Source: Octopus sinensis | Lineage: Eukaryota | Assembly (NCBI RefSeq): GCF_006345805.1 | Contig: NC_043005.1 | Coordinates: forward strand, 94,302,001-94,366,000 | Direction: 5' to 3' | DNA: 64,000 bases | Part shown: piece after piece, positions 37,640-58,359 of the stretch | Numbering within the stretch: position 1 is the stretch's first letter | How the letters are laid out: each line of letters opens with the position of its first letter | The notes under the pieces: generated by a model | What the model saw: the letters and a program-made list of their open reading frames with translations, nothing else | Databases searched by the model: none | Told to the model about the DNA's origin: nothing | Translations under genes and position numbers: made by a program

Positions 37640-38104
37640 AGAGGTCATTAAGAAAGAAATATCCAATTTTCTTATGCACCAAGTTCGACAGTCGCTAACT
37701 CTAATGTTTCATCCTGACAATTCTTTATTTTACAACATTATAGAATTACATCATCACTTTTTGAAGTGCACTTCATGGTGTCTGAATAAATCGCAAGTTT
37801 TCTCTTCTAAATCAATTTTTATGAAGCCATGGATAGATAAAAAATTCGTGTTATTTATGAATATAAGTTCCATCGTGGAACCAATGCATCAATGAGGTGT
37901 TTGGTGAAGATGTGGCGAATGAGCGCACTGTACGTCGATTGTTTGAGAAGTCCCTGTCTGGTGACTTTACTCTTGAAAATCAGCCCCGTGGTAAACTTGA
38001 GACCAAGGTGGAAAATGATGAGCTGGAAATTGTAGTGGGAGTGGAAACACCTCAAACTTGTCCTATAGAGAACCTTTCCGGTTACTTTTAAGTACCCCCT
38101 CGTA
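37640..38104 (+). mobile_element. mariner transposase N-terminal fragment plus a mariner-type right TIR
   Basis: KIRVIYEYKFHRGTNAS..EVFGEDVANERTVRRLFEK..GDFTLENQPRG..ETKVENDEL (HTH region). Ends GTTACTTTTAAGTACCCCTCGTA|TA (TACGAGGGG-type TIR). Confidence 0.85.
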
Positions 38105-38272
38105 TATATATATATAGTAAGAATAACAATAAACATTGGATGGAATTTATAAATATTTTAATGCATCGCTACGCGCATTTCCACGAATCACATGTCTCTT
38201 AAGATAATAGTCGGTATTCACGGGATGATTATAGTGTAGTCCATAGTATCCGTGGGCATCGGGTAGATCATA

Positions 38273-46017
<7,745 letters not shown>

Positions 46018-46783
46018 GTCCCCACCACATATCTGTGTGCAAATAGATGCATAACTGTTACTGTTATGCTTAGAGGTTTAGAGTTCCACGCAGATTAACA
46101 TATTCCAGTGTGCTTCCAGTATAGTGGTTAGGTAACTACTATAGTTCGTAGTATTACTAGTTATGAAATACAGGGCAAATGTAGGAGCGAATTACGATAA
46201 GTACACGCCTATATTATTAGTTCCATTATGGTTGCTTGGAATCCTGCATTGGGTATTCAAAGTGCTTTTGAATACTGAACCAGAGCGGATCATGAAAAAA
46301 CAAGTGGTTGTACGTATTTGTGTGTTTCCACACCTCATCCCACCTTCCAACATATTTCATATGCCCTTATACCATTACCTTTTCTTGCCTCCTCTTCAAC
46401 TTTATATCATATCTGTATCTCTATATTTGTGGTTATTCGATGTTTTTGGTACCTATCTACCTTCCTGCCATTCTTCTTCTTCTCCCTATAATCGTCCCTG
46501 TAACACTTTGTGTAAGTGTTTAATGATTATATAAAAAAACCTTCCTGTCCATCTTTGTGACACGTCTTCCTTTATTTTATTTCATTAATTTACCATTTTC
46601 TGATGACATCCATTACTCTCCCCACAAAATTCATTCCGCAAATTCACTCTTTTCTCTTCATTTCTCGCTCAGCTACGGAACGCCAGAGCAACGGAGTCTT
46701 ATATTCTACATTCTTCCATGGCAAATAGATTTTACAATCTTTCAAAATTTTCTTTCTTTCTTCCTTTCTTTCTTCCTTTCTTC

Positions 46784-46814
<31 letters not shown>

Positions 46815-46846
46815 TCCTTCCTTCTTTCTTTCTTTCTTCCTTCCAT

Positions 46847-46878
<32 letters not shown>

Positions 46879-47006
46879 TCGACGCAGGCCCCTGAACAAC
46901 ATTCACGCATTCAAGGCTATCATAACACATCTTTTGATCATCATAATAAAGTAACATTTAATTGTAAATATGGGAATTTTTAATACAGTTCCAAGATTCA
47001 TGTAAC

Positions 47007-47310
47007 GAATGCCCTAGGATGCATCATCAGTGATATCTTCTGGGGTCTCAGAGGATTCTATGCGTTTTAACATTAGCCCCCTCAGCCAGAGTTGATCAAA
47101 TCACAGCTGGCTTTCCTTAGTAGCAAATCACCGGTCTGTCCTCTTTATCCAAAGCCATCAAGTGGCTTTCACTGTAGATTCATTAATGGAATTTATGGTC
47201 TTCCTCTTTGTTGCACCAGTAACTCCAAACCTAGCGAGAACTTTGCAGAATGAAATCCCTACAAAATCCCTTCAATTGCCTCGCAACGCGCCTGCCAGCG
47301 CAATTCAATG
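47007..47310 (-). mobile_element. Hero-clade (RLE endonuclease) LINE 3' end
   Basis: WQARCEAIE..GFVGISF..FGVTGATKRKTI..KAT*WLWIKR matches the 'PVEVGCRGF..WLW.KR' C-terminus, followed by a 3'UTR ending CACTGATGATGCATCC. Confidence 0.75.
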
Positions 47311-47641
47311 AACGTGTTTAAGTTTTGGTCGGACACCAGGAACCGAAGTGTTAGCACACAAAATGTGGCGGGCAAGATAATTATAGTTAATCGAGACTTT
47401 ACCATTGTAAAGACAAAACAAAGGGTTAGTAGGGATTAAATCCCCAAACAGTATAGGTTGGTGTTTGAGGATGGACGTGGTGAAAACTACTTTCAGTAAA
47501 CCCCATTGAATACAACATCGAATTAAGTAAAATCTATAAAAATGTAAAGAAGACGGGTTTGAAGCGTCAAGATAATCCTGGATAATCTGCAGAATCTTAC
47601 ATTTATTCTGCTGTTAGGAGTTACATACACAGACACACACT

Positions 47642-47679
<38 letters not shown>

Positions 47680-47737
47680 CATGTACTCATGTACTCATAC
47701 GCACACACATACATAAGGGTACACAAGTATATATATG

Positions 47738-47769
<32 letters not shown>

Positions 47770-47822
47770 TGTATGAATGTATGTATGTATGTATGTAATA
47801 TATATATACGTACATATATACA

Positions 47823-47860
<38 letters not shown>

Positions 47861-48109
47861 CATATTTGGGTAGCTTATGAGCAATTTAACAACATAAAGG
47901 AAAATTTATAGACGTCACTAAATTGACAGAGGGCACAAAGTGATACCGGCATTGCTAGAAATAAGAGTCAAAATGATTCATTAACCACAAATCCTAAAGT
48001 GTTGTCACCCCCCCACCCCAACGAAAAGTAATAAGAACAATAAAGGAACAAAATAATATTAAACACGTGTACTGGTTTTAGTATAGTCACTTTCATTGAC
48101 ACTAATACT

Positions 48110-48545
48110 GTCACATATCGATCGAGAAGGTTTGTATGAACAACATCATTTTCGTGGCACAAAATGATGCGGCGATATGTCCTGTGTGATATTTTACAAA
48201 GCTGTGCTTTGGTGATTGTTGCAAAAGTTGCCGAAACAGCGTCCTTCAGCTGTTGGGTATTCTGGTATCGCTCTTGGGAAACTTTCTTCTTGGTAATACC
48301 CAACAGAAAGCTGTCGCAAGACGTGAGATCTGGACTTCTGGAAAGCCAATCGAGAGGTGCTGGAAGTTGGGATCCTCGCCCAAAATCCTATGCCGAAAAA
48401 CTTCATTCAGGTAGTCCCTGACATTGATGGCAAAGTGGGGTGGGGTACCATCTTGTTGAAATCAACAATAATTCAAATCCACATTCAAACTCTGGAGCAG
48501 AGGAACAAACCATTCCCTTAATACGGCAAGGTAAGAGTGCTGGTT
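48110..48545 (-). mobile_element. rosa-like (DD41-45D) Tc1/mariner transposase C-terminal fragment
   Basis: FQQDGTPPHFAINVRDYLNEVF..W.SRSPDLTSCDSFL.G..LKDAV..ISHRTYRRIILCHEND, with one frameshift. Confidence 0.85.
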
Positions 48546-48699
48546 AACAGGGCCTTCGAAGAAATAGGGTCCTATCAAGTACTTAAGTCGATATAGCGGC
48601 CCAAATCATTACATGATTGTACTCCAGTTCTTCGTAATAGAGCTGATATATGGATTTAAAGATTCACATGAAAAGCAGTAATTTTTAATTTTTAATTTA

Positions 48700-49092
48700 T
48701 AGCCATGATAAGATGGCTTCTATACTTTACATTATCGAGCGATTACTGTTTCAATCTCATTCTGAGATTTAATTATGCTTACTGTTCGTTTTTCGACATC
48801 AGTGGCAGACGCCATTAGAAAAACTTATATATGATTTGCAAAGAAGCCTTCACTTTCATCGCTACCTGGTGGTTACCGCCCGTTGACGAGGGACAAAAAT
48901 CCCGAAACTAGTTCGAGCGTATCACTCAGGCTTGCGAGGAAGGGATCGCCTCCCTTTGCAAATACTCCAAGGACACTGATATTGTGTCTAAAGCCAGCTT
49001 GAGACGAAGATCTCTTGGGGCTATAAAGCTACAGTAACACCCCCTCACCAATGTGGTTAGCCATGATAAGATGGCTTCTATACTTTACACTA
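48700..49092 (+). mobile_element. 358 bp unit with 32 bp terminal direct repeat and an internal hammerhead motif (retrozyme/pLTR-like)
   Basis: TAGCCATGATAAGATGGCTTCTATACTTTACA at 48700 and 49058; hammerhead at 48878-48918. Confidence 0.6.
48878..48918 (+). ncRNA. Minimal type I hammerhead ribozyme motif (C3U variant)
   Basis: GCCCG-TTGACGA-GGGA(caaaaa)TCCC-GAAA-CTAGT-T-CGAGC: 4 bp stem II, palindromic stem III ACTAGT, and stem I 4/5 paired. Confidence 0.7.
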
Positions 49093-49601
49093 TTTTATAG
49101 TTTTACTTCAAATTAAAAAAACCACAACCTACTATTCGATATGTTATACAGAATTCAAATTTTATATCTCTGAAGAGCAGAAGCGTTGTGTATAAATGCT
49201 TATCAATATAGGATTTAATTATAGGGATAAGTCTTCTGTGAAACGATCGTAAAATGCTTTAAATAATTAATTCAAAACTTTTAAACTGTAATATATTATA
49301 TATATTTATGCTTATACATATTTAGATATATTCTTATACATATTTATATTTATTTATCTCTATATTTTCAATACAATTATTTTCACACGTGTATATCTTT
49401 CTGAGGAGTTTTGATATTGATTTCCTAATATTAATAATAATATATTATTAAAAATATATATATATATATATAATTGCTCGTATTATATATATACTTTAAT
49501 AGTATTAATACTTTGATACAATAGAGCACTCAATACAAATTCAGTATATAATATTCTCATTGAATATATTTAACTAAAGATTTATATTATATACATATAC
49601 A

Positions 49602-50755
49602 CAGGGTAAGGTATTTGAGGACATACCAATTTTGAGTCATTGCAACATGTTTTGCTAACTCTGTTTCAGAAAATAATAACGCAGACTCTCAGCTTACTCA
49701 AGAAATGAAGAGGCACGCTGTTATTGTGATTTTAAAGGCTGAGCATAGGGATTTAGAAATATCGCGAGTTGTAAAAGTTCTCAGACTTTTGTCTACAAAG
49801 TTTGTAAGGAGCTAGAGACTGAAGATGGAAACGTATCATCAGTCTCAAAGCATAAAAAGCATTCTAAACGCCCTGAAATCATTAAAATACCCAATTTATG
49901 CAGCAAGTTCAACAGATCATTGATTACAATCCCAGAAAGTCCGTCCACGAGGTCAATTGCAAAAGATCTCCATGTGTCAGAAGGAACAGTCAGAAATGTT
50001 GTCTACGAAGTCATCAGATATAAGTCTTATATGATGAGGATATTTTACCGAAAAAGCGAAAGGAAATCCCTACATCAGATCTAAAAGGCTCTTAAGCAAA
50101 CTGAAAAAACGAGAAAAATTTCGACCAAGATCAATAAGTTAACAAAAGAAATGACAGATGGTTATGTGCAGACACTTCTGAAGTTCCAAGTGTTATGCAT
50201 ACAAAATTTCCTGCAAGTGTCATGGTTTTAGGGATTGTCTGCAATGAAGGACATGCGATGCCACCTTACCTCTTTCCACAAGGACTTAGAGTCAACTCTG
50301 CCACCTATATTGAGGTCCTGGAAATAATTGTTAAGACAGGGTATGCAATGGAAGGCCATATGTGTTTCAGTAAGACTCTGCACTATCACACATTGCACTA
50401 GTAACACAAGAATGGATGGCTGAAAATTTTCATGATCACATAACCCCTAACATATGGCCTCCTAATTCCTCAGATCTCAATCCATTGGACTATTACATGT
50501 GAAGTGTTGTTGAGAGAGAGGCCAATAAACACGCCCATAACACTAAAGATTCTCTGAAAGCCGCCATAGTCAGAGTAATCTCCCAAATGAACCAGGACCA
50601 CATGATTCGAGCATGTAGATGATTTAGATCTCAAGCCGAAGATGGCGTTATTGAATATCCTCATAGCAGTTTTGGAAAAATAAATTTATCTGTTATTATA
50701 CAGCTGTTTCTTTTTTATAAACACAAATCTGTCCTCAGATATCTTACACACCCTG
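49602..50755 (+). mobile_element. maT-family (DD37D) Tc1/mariner element with both TIRs, inactivated
   Basis: TIRs CAGGGT..AAGGTATTTGAGGACA / TGTCCTCAGATATCTTACACACCCTG in TA context. Transposase motifs MHTKFPASVMVLG..EGH.MPP and D-SALSHIALVTQEWM..WPPNSSDLNPL-D with exactly 37 residues between the Asp residues; stops and a deletion are present. Confidence 0.92.
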
Positions 50756-50772
50756 TATAAATTACACACACG

Positions 50773-50847
<75 letters not shown>

Positions 50848-51198
50848 CTTACAAAGCCGACAATTGTTTCTGTTGTTAACCTATTTAGATATAGAAAATA
50901 TCATTCAAATGAAAATTTCCTAAAATTCTTATCAACACAACGTTTTCATGGCAATGCAAAACTAGAAAGGCGAATTCTTCAAATGAAGATATGATTTCAT
51001 CCATACGTATTTTTGTTGTCTAATACTCTGAATTTCTCGAAATTCTTGAAAATAACGTTTGGATACACTTGTTATGCATGAGGAATTACCTTAAATATGT
51101 TTTCTAGTTGCATTTACTGGCATCTGATTGTTGGACAGAGTTAATCAAATTCGTTTAAAACTTTATTTATATCTACCTGGATTTTAAAATCCCTTTTC

Positions 51199-51269
<71 letters not shown>

Positions 51270-51274
<5 letters not shown>

Positions 51275-53274
51275 TCAATATAGGGTGGCAAAAAATTTTG
51301 TAGAATTTTTTTGCCACCAGCGGCCTAGTGGGAAAAAATTAAATAGTCATAGACCATTTTTAAGTTCAACATCACAATCAAGGAACGGCCATAATAGGCC
51401 ATTCACCCACTAGAAATAACAGCCAAAGCTTCAACCGCAAATAAACATCAATTCCGTAAACCAGGAGAAAATTAAAAAAACATTTACCCTGTAATTTCTT
51501 ATACGATGCACCGTTTCATCTACTGTTTAATGGTAAACTAACCTGATTAAATTAAATCAAGCCAATCTTCCATAGGCCCTTAGAATCATCAGTAAGAAAT
51601 AGCCAAGTCGGAACAGATATTTTCACGAGGCATTTCCGACCCTGCCTCGGCAATATCTGACCTAAAATTTTCAAATCATCGCACTCGCGCCAAATTTATC
51701 GGCAGCAAATAAATATAAGCCGCCGATTCCATTACGGAATTAACCATAAAATTCATAATTAATCAATATAGGGTGGCAAAAAATTTTGTAGAATTTTTTT
51801 GCACCAGCGGCTACTGGGAAAAAAATTAATAGTCATAGACCATTTTTAAGTTCAACATCACAATCAAGGAACGGCCATAATAGGCCATTCACCCACTAGA
51901 AATAACAGCCAAAGCTTCAACCGCAAATAAACATCAATTCCGTAAACCAGGAGAAAATTAAAAAACATTTACCCTGTAATTTCTTATACGATGCACGTTT
52001 CATCTACTGTTTACTGGTAAACTAACCTGATTAAATTAAATCAAGCCAATCTTCCATAGGCCCTTAGAATCATCAGTAAGAAATAGCCAAGTCGGAACAG
52101 ATATTTTCACGAGGCATTTCCGACCCTGCCTCGGCAATATCTGACCTAAAATTTTCAAATCATCGCACTCGCGCCAAATTTATCGGCAGCAAATAAATAT
52201 AAGCCGTCGATTCCATTCGGAATTAACCAGAAAATTCATAATTAATCAATATAGGGTGGCAAAAAATTTTGTAGAATTTTTTTGCCACCAGCGGCCTACT
52301 GGGAAAAAATTAAATAGTCATAGACCATTTTTAAGTTCAACATCACAAACAGGCCGCTGGTGGCAAAAAAATTCTACAAAATTTTTTGCCACCTATATTG
52401 ATTAATTATGAATTTTCTGGTTAATTCCGTAATGGAATCGGCGGCTTATATTTATTTGCTGCCGATAAATTGGCGCGAGTGCGATGATTTGAAAATTTTA
52501 GGTCAGATAAGTTGCCGAGGCAGGGTCGGAAATGCCTCGTGAAAATATCTGTTCGACTTGGCTATTTCTTACTATGATTTTTAATGGCCTATGGAAGATT
52601 GGCTTGATTTAATTTAATCAGTTTTTAGTTACCATTAAAAGTAGATGAAACGGTGCATCGTATAAGAAATTAAGGGTAAATGTTTTTTAATTTTCTCCTG
52701 GTTTACGGAATTGATGTTTATTTGCGGTTGAAGCTTTGGCTGTTATTTCTAGTGGGTGAATGGCCTATTATGGCCGTTCCTTGATTGTGATGTTGAACTT
52801 AAAAATGGTCTATGACTATTTAATTTTTTCCCAGTAGGCCGCTGGTGGCAAAAAAATTCTACAAAATTTTTTGCCACCCTATATTGATTAATTATGAATT
52901 TTCTGGTTAATTCCGTAATGGAATCGGCGGCTTATATTTATTTGCTGCCGATAAATTTGGCGCGAGTGCGATGATTTGAAAATTTTAGGTCAGATATTGC
53001 CGAGGCAGGGTCGGAAATGCCTCGTGAAAATATCTGTTCCGACTTGGCTATTTCTTACTGATGATTCTAAGGGCCTATGGAAGATTGGCTTGATTTAATT
53101 TAATCAGGTTAGTTTACCATTAAACAGTAGATGAAACGGTGCATCGTATAAGAAATTACAGGGTAAATGTTTTTTTAATTTTCTCCTGGTTTACGGAATT
53201 GATGTTTATTTGCGGTTGAAGCTTTGGCTGTTATTTCTAGTGGGTGAATGGCCCATTATGGCCGTTCCTTGATT

Positions 53275-53279
<5 letters not shown>
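51270..53279. repeat. Fold-back structure: ~2.2 tandem ~488 bp units forward, then ~1.9 units inverted, inside (TA)n
   Basis: GGGTGGC anchors at 51283, 51771 and 52254; strand switch at ~52350 (CATCACAA-AC-AGGCCGCTGG); inverted units continue to CCTTGATTGTGA at 53279. Confidence 0.85.
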
Positions 53280-53326
<47 letters not shown>

Positions 53327-53327
53327 A

Positions 53328-53359
<32 letters not shown>

Positions 53360-53514
53360 GAATATATATATATATACATACACATATATACACACACACA
53401 CAGCTAGTGAGTTGGAGGCATCTGTCGAAAGCTACAACAATACGAGGAAGCACATTGTAACCAGCAGTCTATGACAACATCCAACTGTCTGGTCGCTATA
53501 GTGATACAGTACAA

Positions 53515-53551
<37 letters not shown>

Positions 53552-54006
53552 GTATATACCACTGTACTGTATCACTAATATAGTGATAATTCTAAATAGT
53601 AAAAAACATATTTAAGTACTATATCCTCACTAGGCCAGTACTAAATAATATTTTAAATTACACTGCATTCATTATTTATAACCACCCATACTAAAAATGC
53701 AATCATATATATATATATGTATGTGTGTGTTTGTTATTGGCGTCTGTGTTTGCCCCCTCCCCTCACAATCACTTGATAACCAATGTTGGTGTATTTACGT
53801 CCTCGTAACTTAGCGGTTCGACAAAAACACCGATAGAATAAGTACTAGGCTTACAAAGAATAAATCCTGGGGTCGATTTGTTCGACTAAAAGTGATACTC
53901 CAGCATGGCCGCAGTTAAATAACTGAAGCAAGTACAAGAATAAAGGAATAAAAGAATATATATATATATATTATATATATTATATATATATATAGATATA
54001 TATATA

Positions 54007-54060
<54 letters not shown>

Positions 54061-54109
54061 TCATGAACATGCATATGGGTGCATGAATTCATATGCATAT
54101 TAGTAACAT

Positions 54110-54960
54110 AACCGCCGAGAAATTGATGGGAGACTTAGAGAATAATTCCAATTTAAAATCAAACACCCAGAATGGTAATAATAAAACTTTTAACAATATA
54201 GTGACTAAATTTATGGAAATAATCCTCCAGAAAGACACTAACAGATTCATCACGCATGGTTTTTACTAAAGTCACAAATAAATGACATATTCAAACAGGC
54301 ATAGAAAATGTCGGTGGTATATTGCCTAGATTCTCTTCCTCATACGGAATATTTGATAATGAAATTCACATAATAATATATAACACTCTTCAACAACGAA
54401 TATCCTATTCAAGTCATAGCACAAATGCGATGCAACCAACACATCAGACACAAGTGTATTAAAAATAAAGAAGCCACATATAAAGTCTACTATAGGAATA
54501 AAATTGATACTCTCCATAGTATAAAGGAACCCATCATCAAAAACCTCATAAAATGGAACAAATGCATTACATCAAGCCATAATCTAGTACTAATAATATA
54601 CTATAAAACGCTAACATAAAATTCTCCTTATCGAAAATAAGCTAGAATTATGTAAAATCGTGATTGTATGTCATCTATAAATTCGATTGTAGGCACGAAA
54701 GTTATAAACTTCACGACTCCAACTGATGTATCGACCGATTACTACATTTTTCTGCCACATCTCCATGCACTTACATCAAAGAGCAACTTAATCCGCTACA
54801 CCACAACACAACACAAAACTAGATAGAAAATATAAGTTAATTGGTCATCTATAATCTACAGATATCCCCACAAAAATAGACAATTAATAATGGAAGAAAT
54901 AATTCTAAAATCCGGCAAAATATTTAAATAAAGATAGAGACAATATACACTCATCACAAA
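54110..54960 (+). mobile_element. Degraded PLE (Penelope/Poseidon-type thumb, linker and EN region)
   Basis: F.NEIH....LFNNEYP..., YKVYYRNKI..KE..IKNLI..NLVLIIYYK matches the 'L.NNGYP / ++YRNQM / LIIYYK' pattern; many lesions. Confidence 0.65.
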
Positions 54961-55101
54961 CAAAAATAAACACCTGATTGATGACGTAATAAATCTAACG
55001 GTCAAAATACAAATTCAGGCGGGAATGTCTGCACCAAACACATTATCCCTGCCAATCAAAAAGACAAAACTAGAGAACTATCGTGTTTCCAACACACACA
55101 C

Positions 55102-55139
<38 letters not shown>

Positions 55140-55389
55140 ACACACACACACACCACACACACACACACACACGAACATGCATACATACACACACGATGTA
55201 CTACATCGGTTCCTAGATACGTTCCTAAAACATGCGGCGCCAAACGGGACCCTTATGATATAAAATAGAGTTACGTGAGTGATACGCTATTTTTGAAAGT
55301 AATAAAACACAAATGAAGGCGACTGACATTGCTAAATGACCGAAAAACCCCAGTCTTACGTTTCAAGTACGTAATAAGATAGCCCAGCC

Positions 55390-55620
55390 TGGCGGCGAGC
55401 TGGCAGAAACGTTAGCACGCCGGACGAAATGTGCAGCCGTATTTCGTCTGCCGTTACGTTCTGAGTTCAAATTCCGCCGAAGTCGACTTTGCCTTTCATC
55501 CTTTCGGGGTCGATAAATTAATATCAGTTACGCACTGGGGTCGATGTAATCGACTTAATCTGTCTGTCTGTCTTTGTTTGTCCCCTCTGTGTTTAGCCCC
55601 CTGTGGGTAGTAAAGAAATA
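55390..55620 (+). mobile_element. Full-length SINE with a 19 bp TSD
   Basis: GGCGGCGAGCTGGCAGAAACG..GAGTTCAAATTCC..GTAGTAAAGAAATA, flanked by GTAATAAGATAGC(C/T)CAGCC at 55371-55389 and 55621-55639. Confidence 0.9.
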
Positions 55621-56269
55621 GTAATAAGATAGCTCAGCCCAATGTATCGTAAAGGAGCTGATGCAATTAGAAAACAGGCTTAATTAATCAAGATGGGAAT
55701 ACATCATTAAACAATGAAGCAGGTTCGATTAATCAACTTGAATCTTAAGTACACACACCTATTTACTATTACTTACCAGTTTAACTTATCAGTTAAAATG
55801 TTTTACATCAGCGCTCCCAGTCAGAAGCAGTCTTAGTAAAGAGGTCTGTGGTGTTTCATGAATTTTGTGATATATTTTCCTTAGAAATTTAGTAAAAAAA
55901 ATTTTTTGGGCGATACAGTATGCTTTTTATAAAGTCATGCTAGGTACGTTGCTCCCTACGATTGTTCAGACGGTTGATGTGGAAAAGTTCGCTATCTTCC
56001 AGTCGTTTCAATATCTCGTGTGATGATTTTTTATTTGCACCTTAGATGAACTTCGACCTTTTGGGTTTGTAGGCCGTTTGCCCACTCACAATGGGCAAAA
56101 AAGAAAAAAAAAAAAACTTGTGCGAAGTATCTGGATATATGTGTGAGTATGCATGATTATGAATCCTAGTCTCTTACATGTCGCATAGTCTCTTACCTCG
56201 GCAAAGCGTGACATCGAAAATGTGAATATGGAAGGAGAGAGCGGTTGCACTAGAATTCGGGTGATACTC

Positions 56270-56405
56270 ATTTTCGGCTATGCAGACAGGAGCAATGCGA
56301 AATAAAGTGCCTTTCTCGAAAACACGACGCGCCGGCTGGTAAAGGAACAGAGCACAAGATCTTTTGATCGAGATCCCAACACTCTAACCACCAGGCTACG
56401 CGCCT
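56270..56405 (-). mobile_element. tRNA-headed SINE 5' fragment
   Basis: Minus strand GCCTGGTGGTTAGAGTGTTGGG..GAAAGGCACTTTATTTCGCATTGCTCC. Confidence 0.6.
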
Positions 56406-58097
56406 TCACGCACAAACACACACACACACAGACGCACACACACACACACGCACACACACGCACAGGCGCGCACACACACATAGACACAGGCACACACACA
56501 CACAAACAGACACACAGAGTATTGAAGACTATTTCTTATCTATTCTGCAGAATATAATGTATTGGAGCGCGAGTAGCTGTAGGACGATAAGTCCAAGTTG
56601 AGTAAATTACCAAAGTATTTCAGTCCCTCAACCTCTATGCCAGCATACAATTATTTGACAGGATAGACTGCACAAGAATTTTCAAGTATGCGCACATTTG
56701 AAGAATATCCACATCTAGCACCTAATTCCGTATACGTTTTCTTCTCAAACATTTTCCTCCTCCACACTTCTTCTATACTTTTCTTCGTCCGAAACGTTAA
56801 AACTTTTCCCCGTCTTTTTAAGCGTCAGACTAACACAACATTTGTTAAAACTTGTCTCTACCGTATTATATTCTTTATGTGCTCCTTGCCTTCTTACACA
56901 CACACACGGCGTACGCGCGCAGACACACACGCACATACACATACACACATACACACACAACATACACACATCTGTCACATTGTCTTTCTAGCTGTGTTAC
57001 ATATTTGCTGACAATATATTAAGTGTCTGCCTTTACATAATCTATCATTCTCTGTACTTATTATCTTCTTCCCGCTTATTCTTCATGATAATTCAACAAA
57101 TCGCAAAATCTTTGTCATATTCATTCAAATATTCTTTTCACAATGGAGAGTTCACAGTCTTCTATATGTATGCTTCCTTTCTCAGACGCTGTGACTGTTT
57201 TATCACGACGCTTTCGCCAGTGAAAAATTGGTCATAAAATTCCTTTCAATGATATAAAACCAAATTAATACCTCCGAGTGTAAAAACTCGCAAACACTCC
57301 ATCATTTACAAAGTGACACTTCAGTAGTCATGCTTAGAATTTTCAATTAAACTGTTAATGTGGTTTCATTGTTCTTGTACAACACTGATACAGACAATAT
57401 GCCAATAGAAGACGTGTGTATAGAGAGAGTTTTACACCCCCCACATACACACATGCACATACACAAACATACACATACACATACACACTGTATTGCTTAT
57501 ATATTGTATATTCATTATTAATTTTAAAGGACTTACTCGTGAGATATGTACTGTTGCAAAAACAGGCACATACATATACACACATGCACACAGACACACA
57601 CATCTTACATGCATACACAGTCATACAAATACAGTTACATATCACACAGAACGACAAAAACATATAACACAGAACGACATATACACACATGCACACAAAC
57701 ACACACATCTTACATGCATACACATGCATACACAGTCATACAAATACAGTTACATATCACACAGAACGACAAAAACACTCACAAACATACACACACACAT
57801 TTATGTGGGGCCAACGAGGAAGCCTCTATGTGATCTCTCGACCTTCTAGGAATAGCAGCTGAATCTTATGCTAGTGAAACATTGCATCTTTTGTAAAAAT
57901 GTCCATTGGATAATGTGGCTTCAGATACACTGTGAACGAATGTATGATGAGATGGTCATGGCTGGAGTGCCTCAGACTATATTGTCTGCTTAATCAGATA
58001 TAACTTTGAGATAAACAACAACAATGGCAGCAAATACCGTCAAACGCAGACGGATTGTATTTGTGTGTGTACTATACATGCATACATACATATATGC

Positions 58098-58136
<39 letters not shown>

Positions 58137-58314
58137 TTGTCCTTTGGAACGCGCGTATGTATTGAAACCTATTTTGTATTAAATCTAATTCTGAGTCAAC
58201 ATCCTTTTCTCCTCCATTTTCTATAATTGTTGATGGTATATTTATACCTGTAACGATATTTTTCAATATATAAATACATACATACATACATACATACATA
58301 CATACATACATACA

Positions 58315-58350
<36 letters not shown>

Positions 58351-58359
58351 TATATATAT

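Noticed and set aside
57590-57780. ~110 bp direct duplication in CA-rich DNA
   Set aside because: Local tandem duplication within low-complexity sequence; no termini or coding signal.
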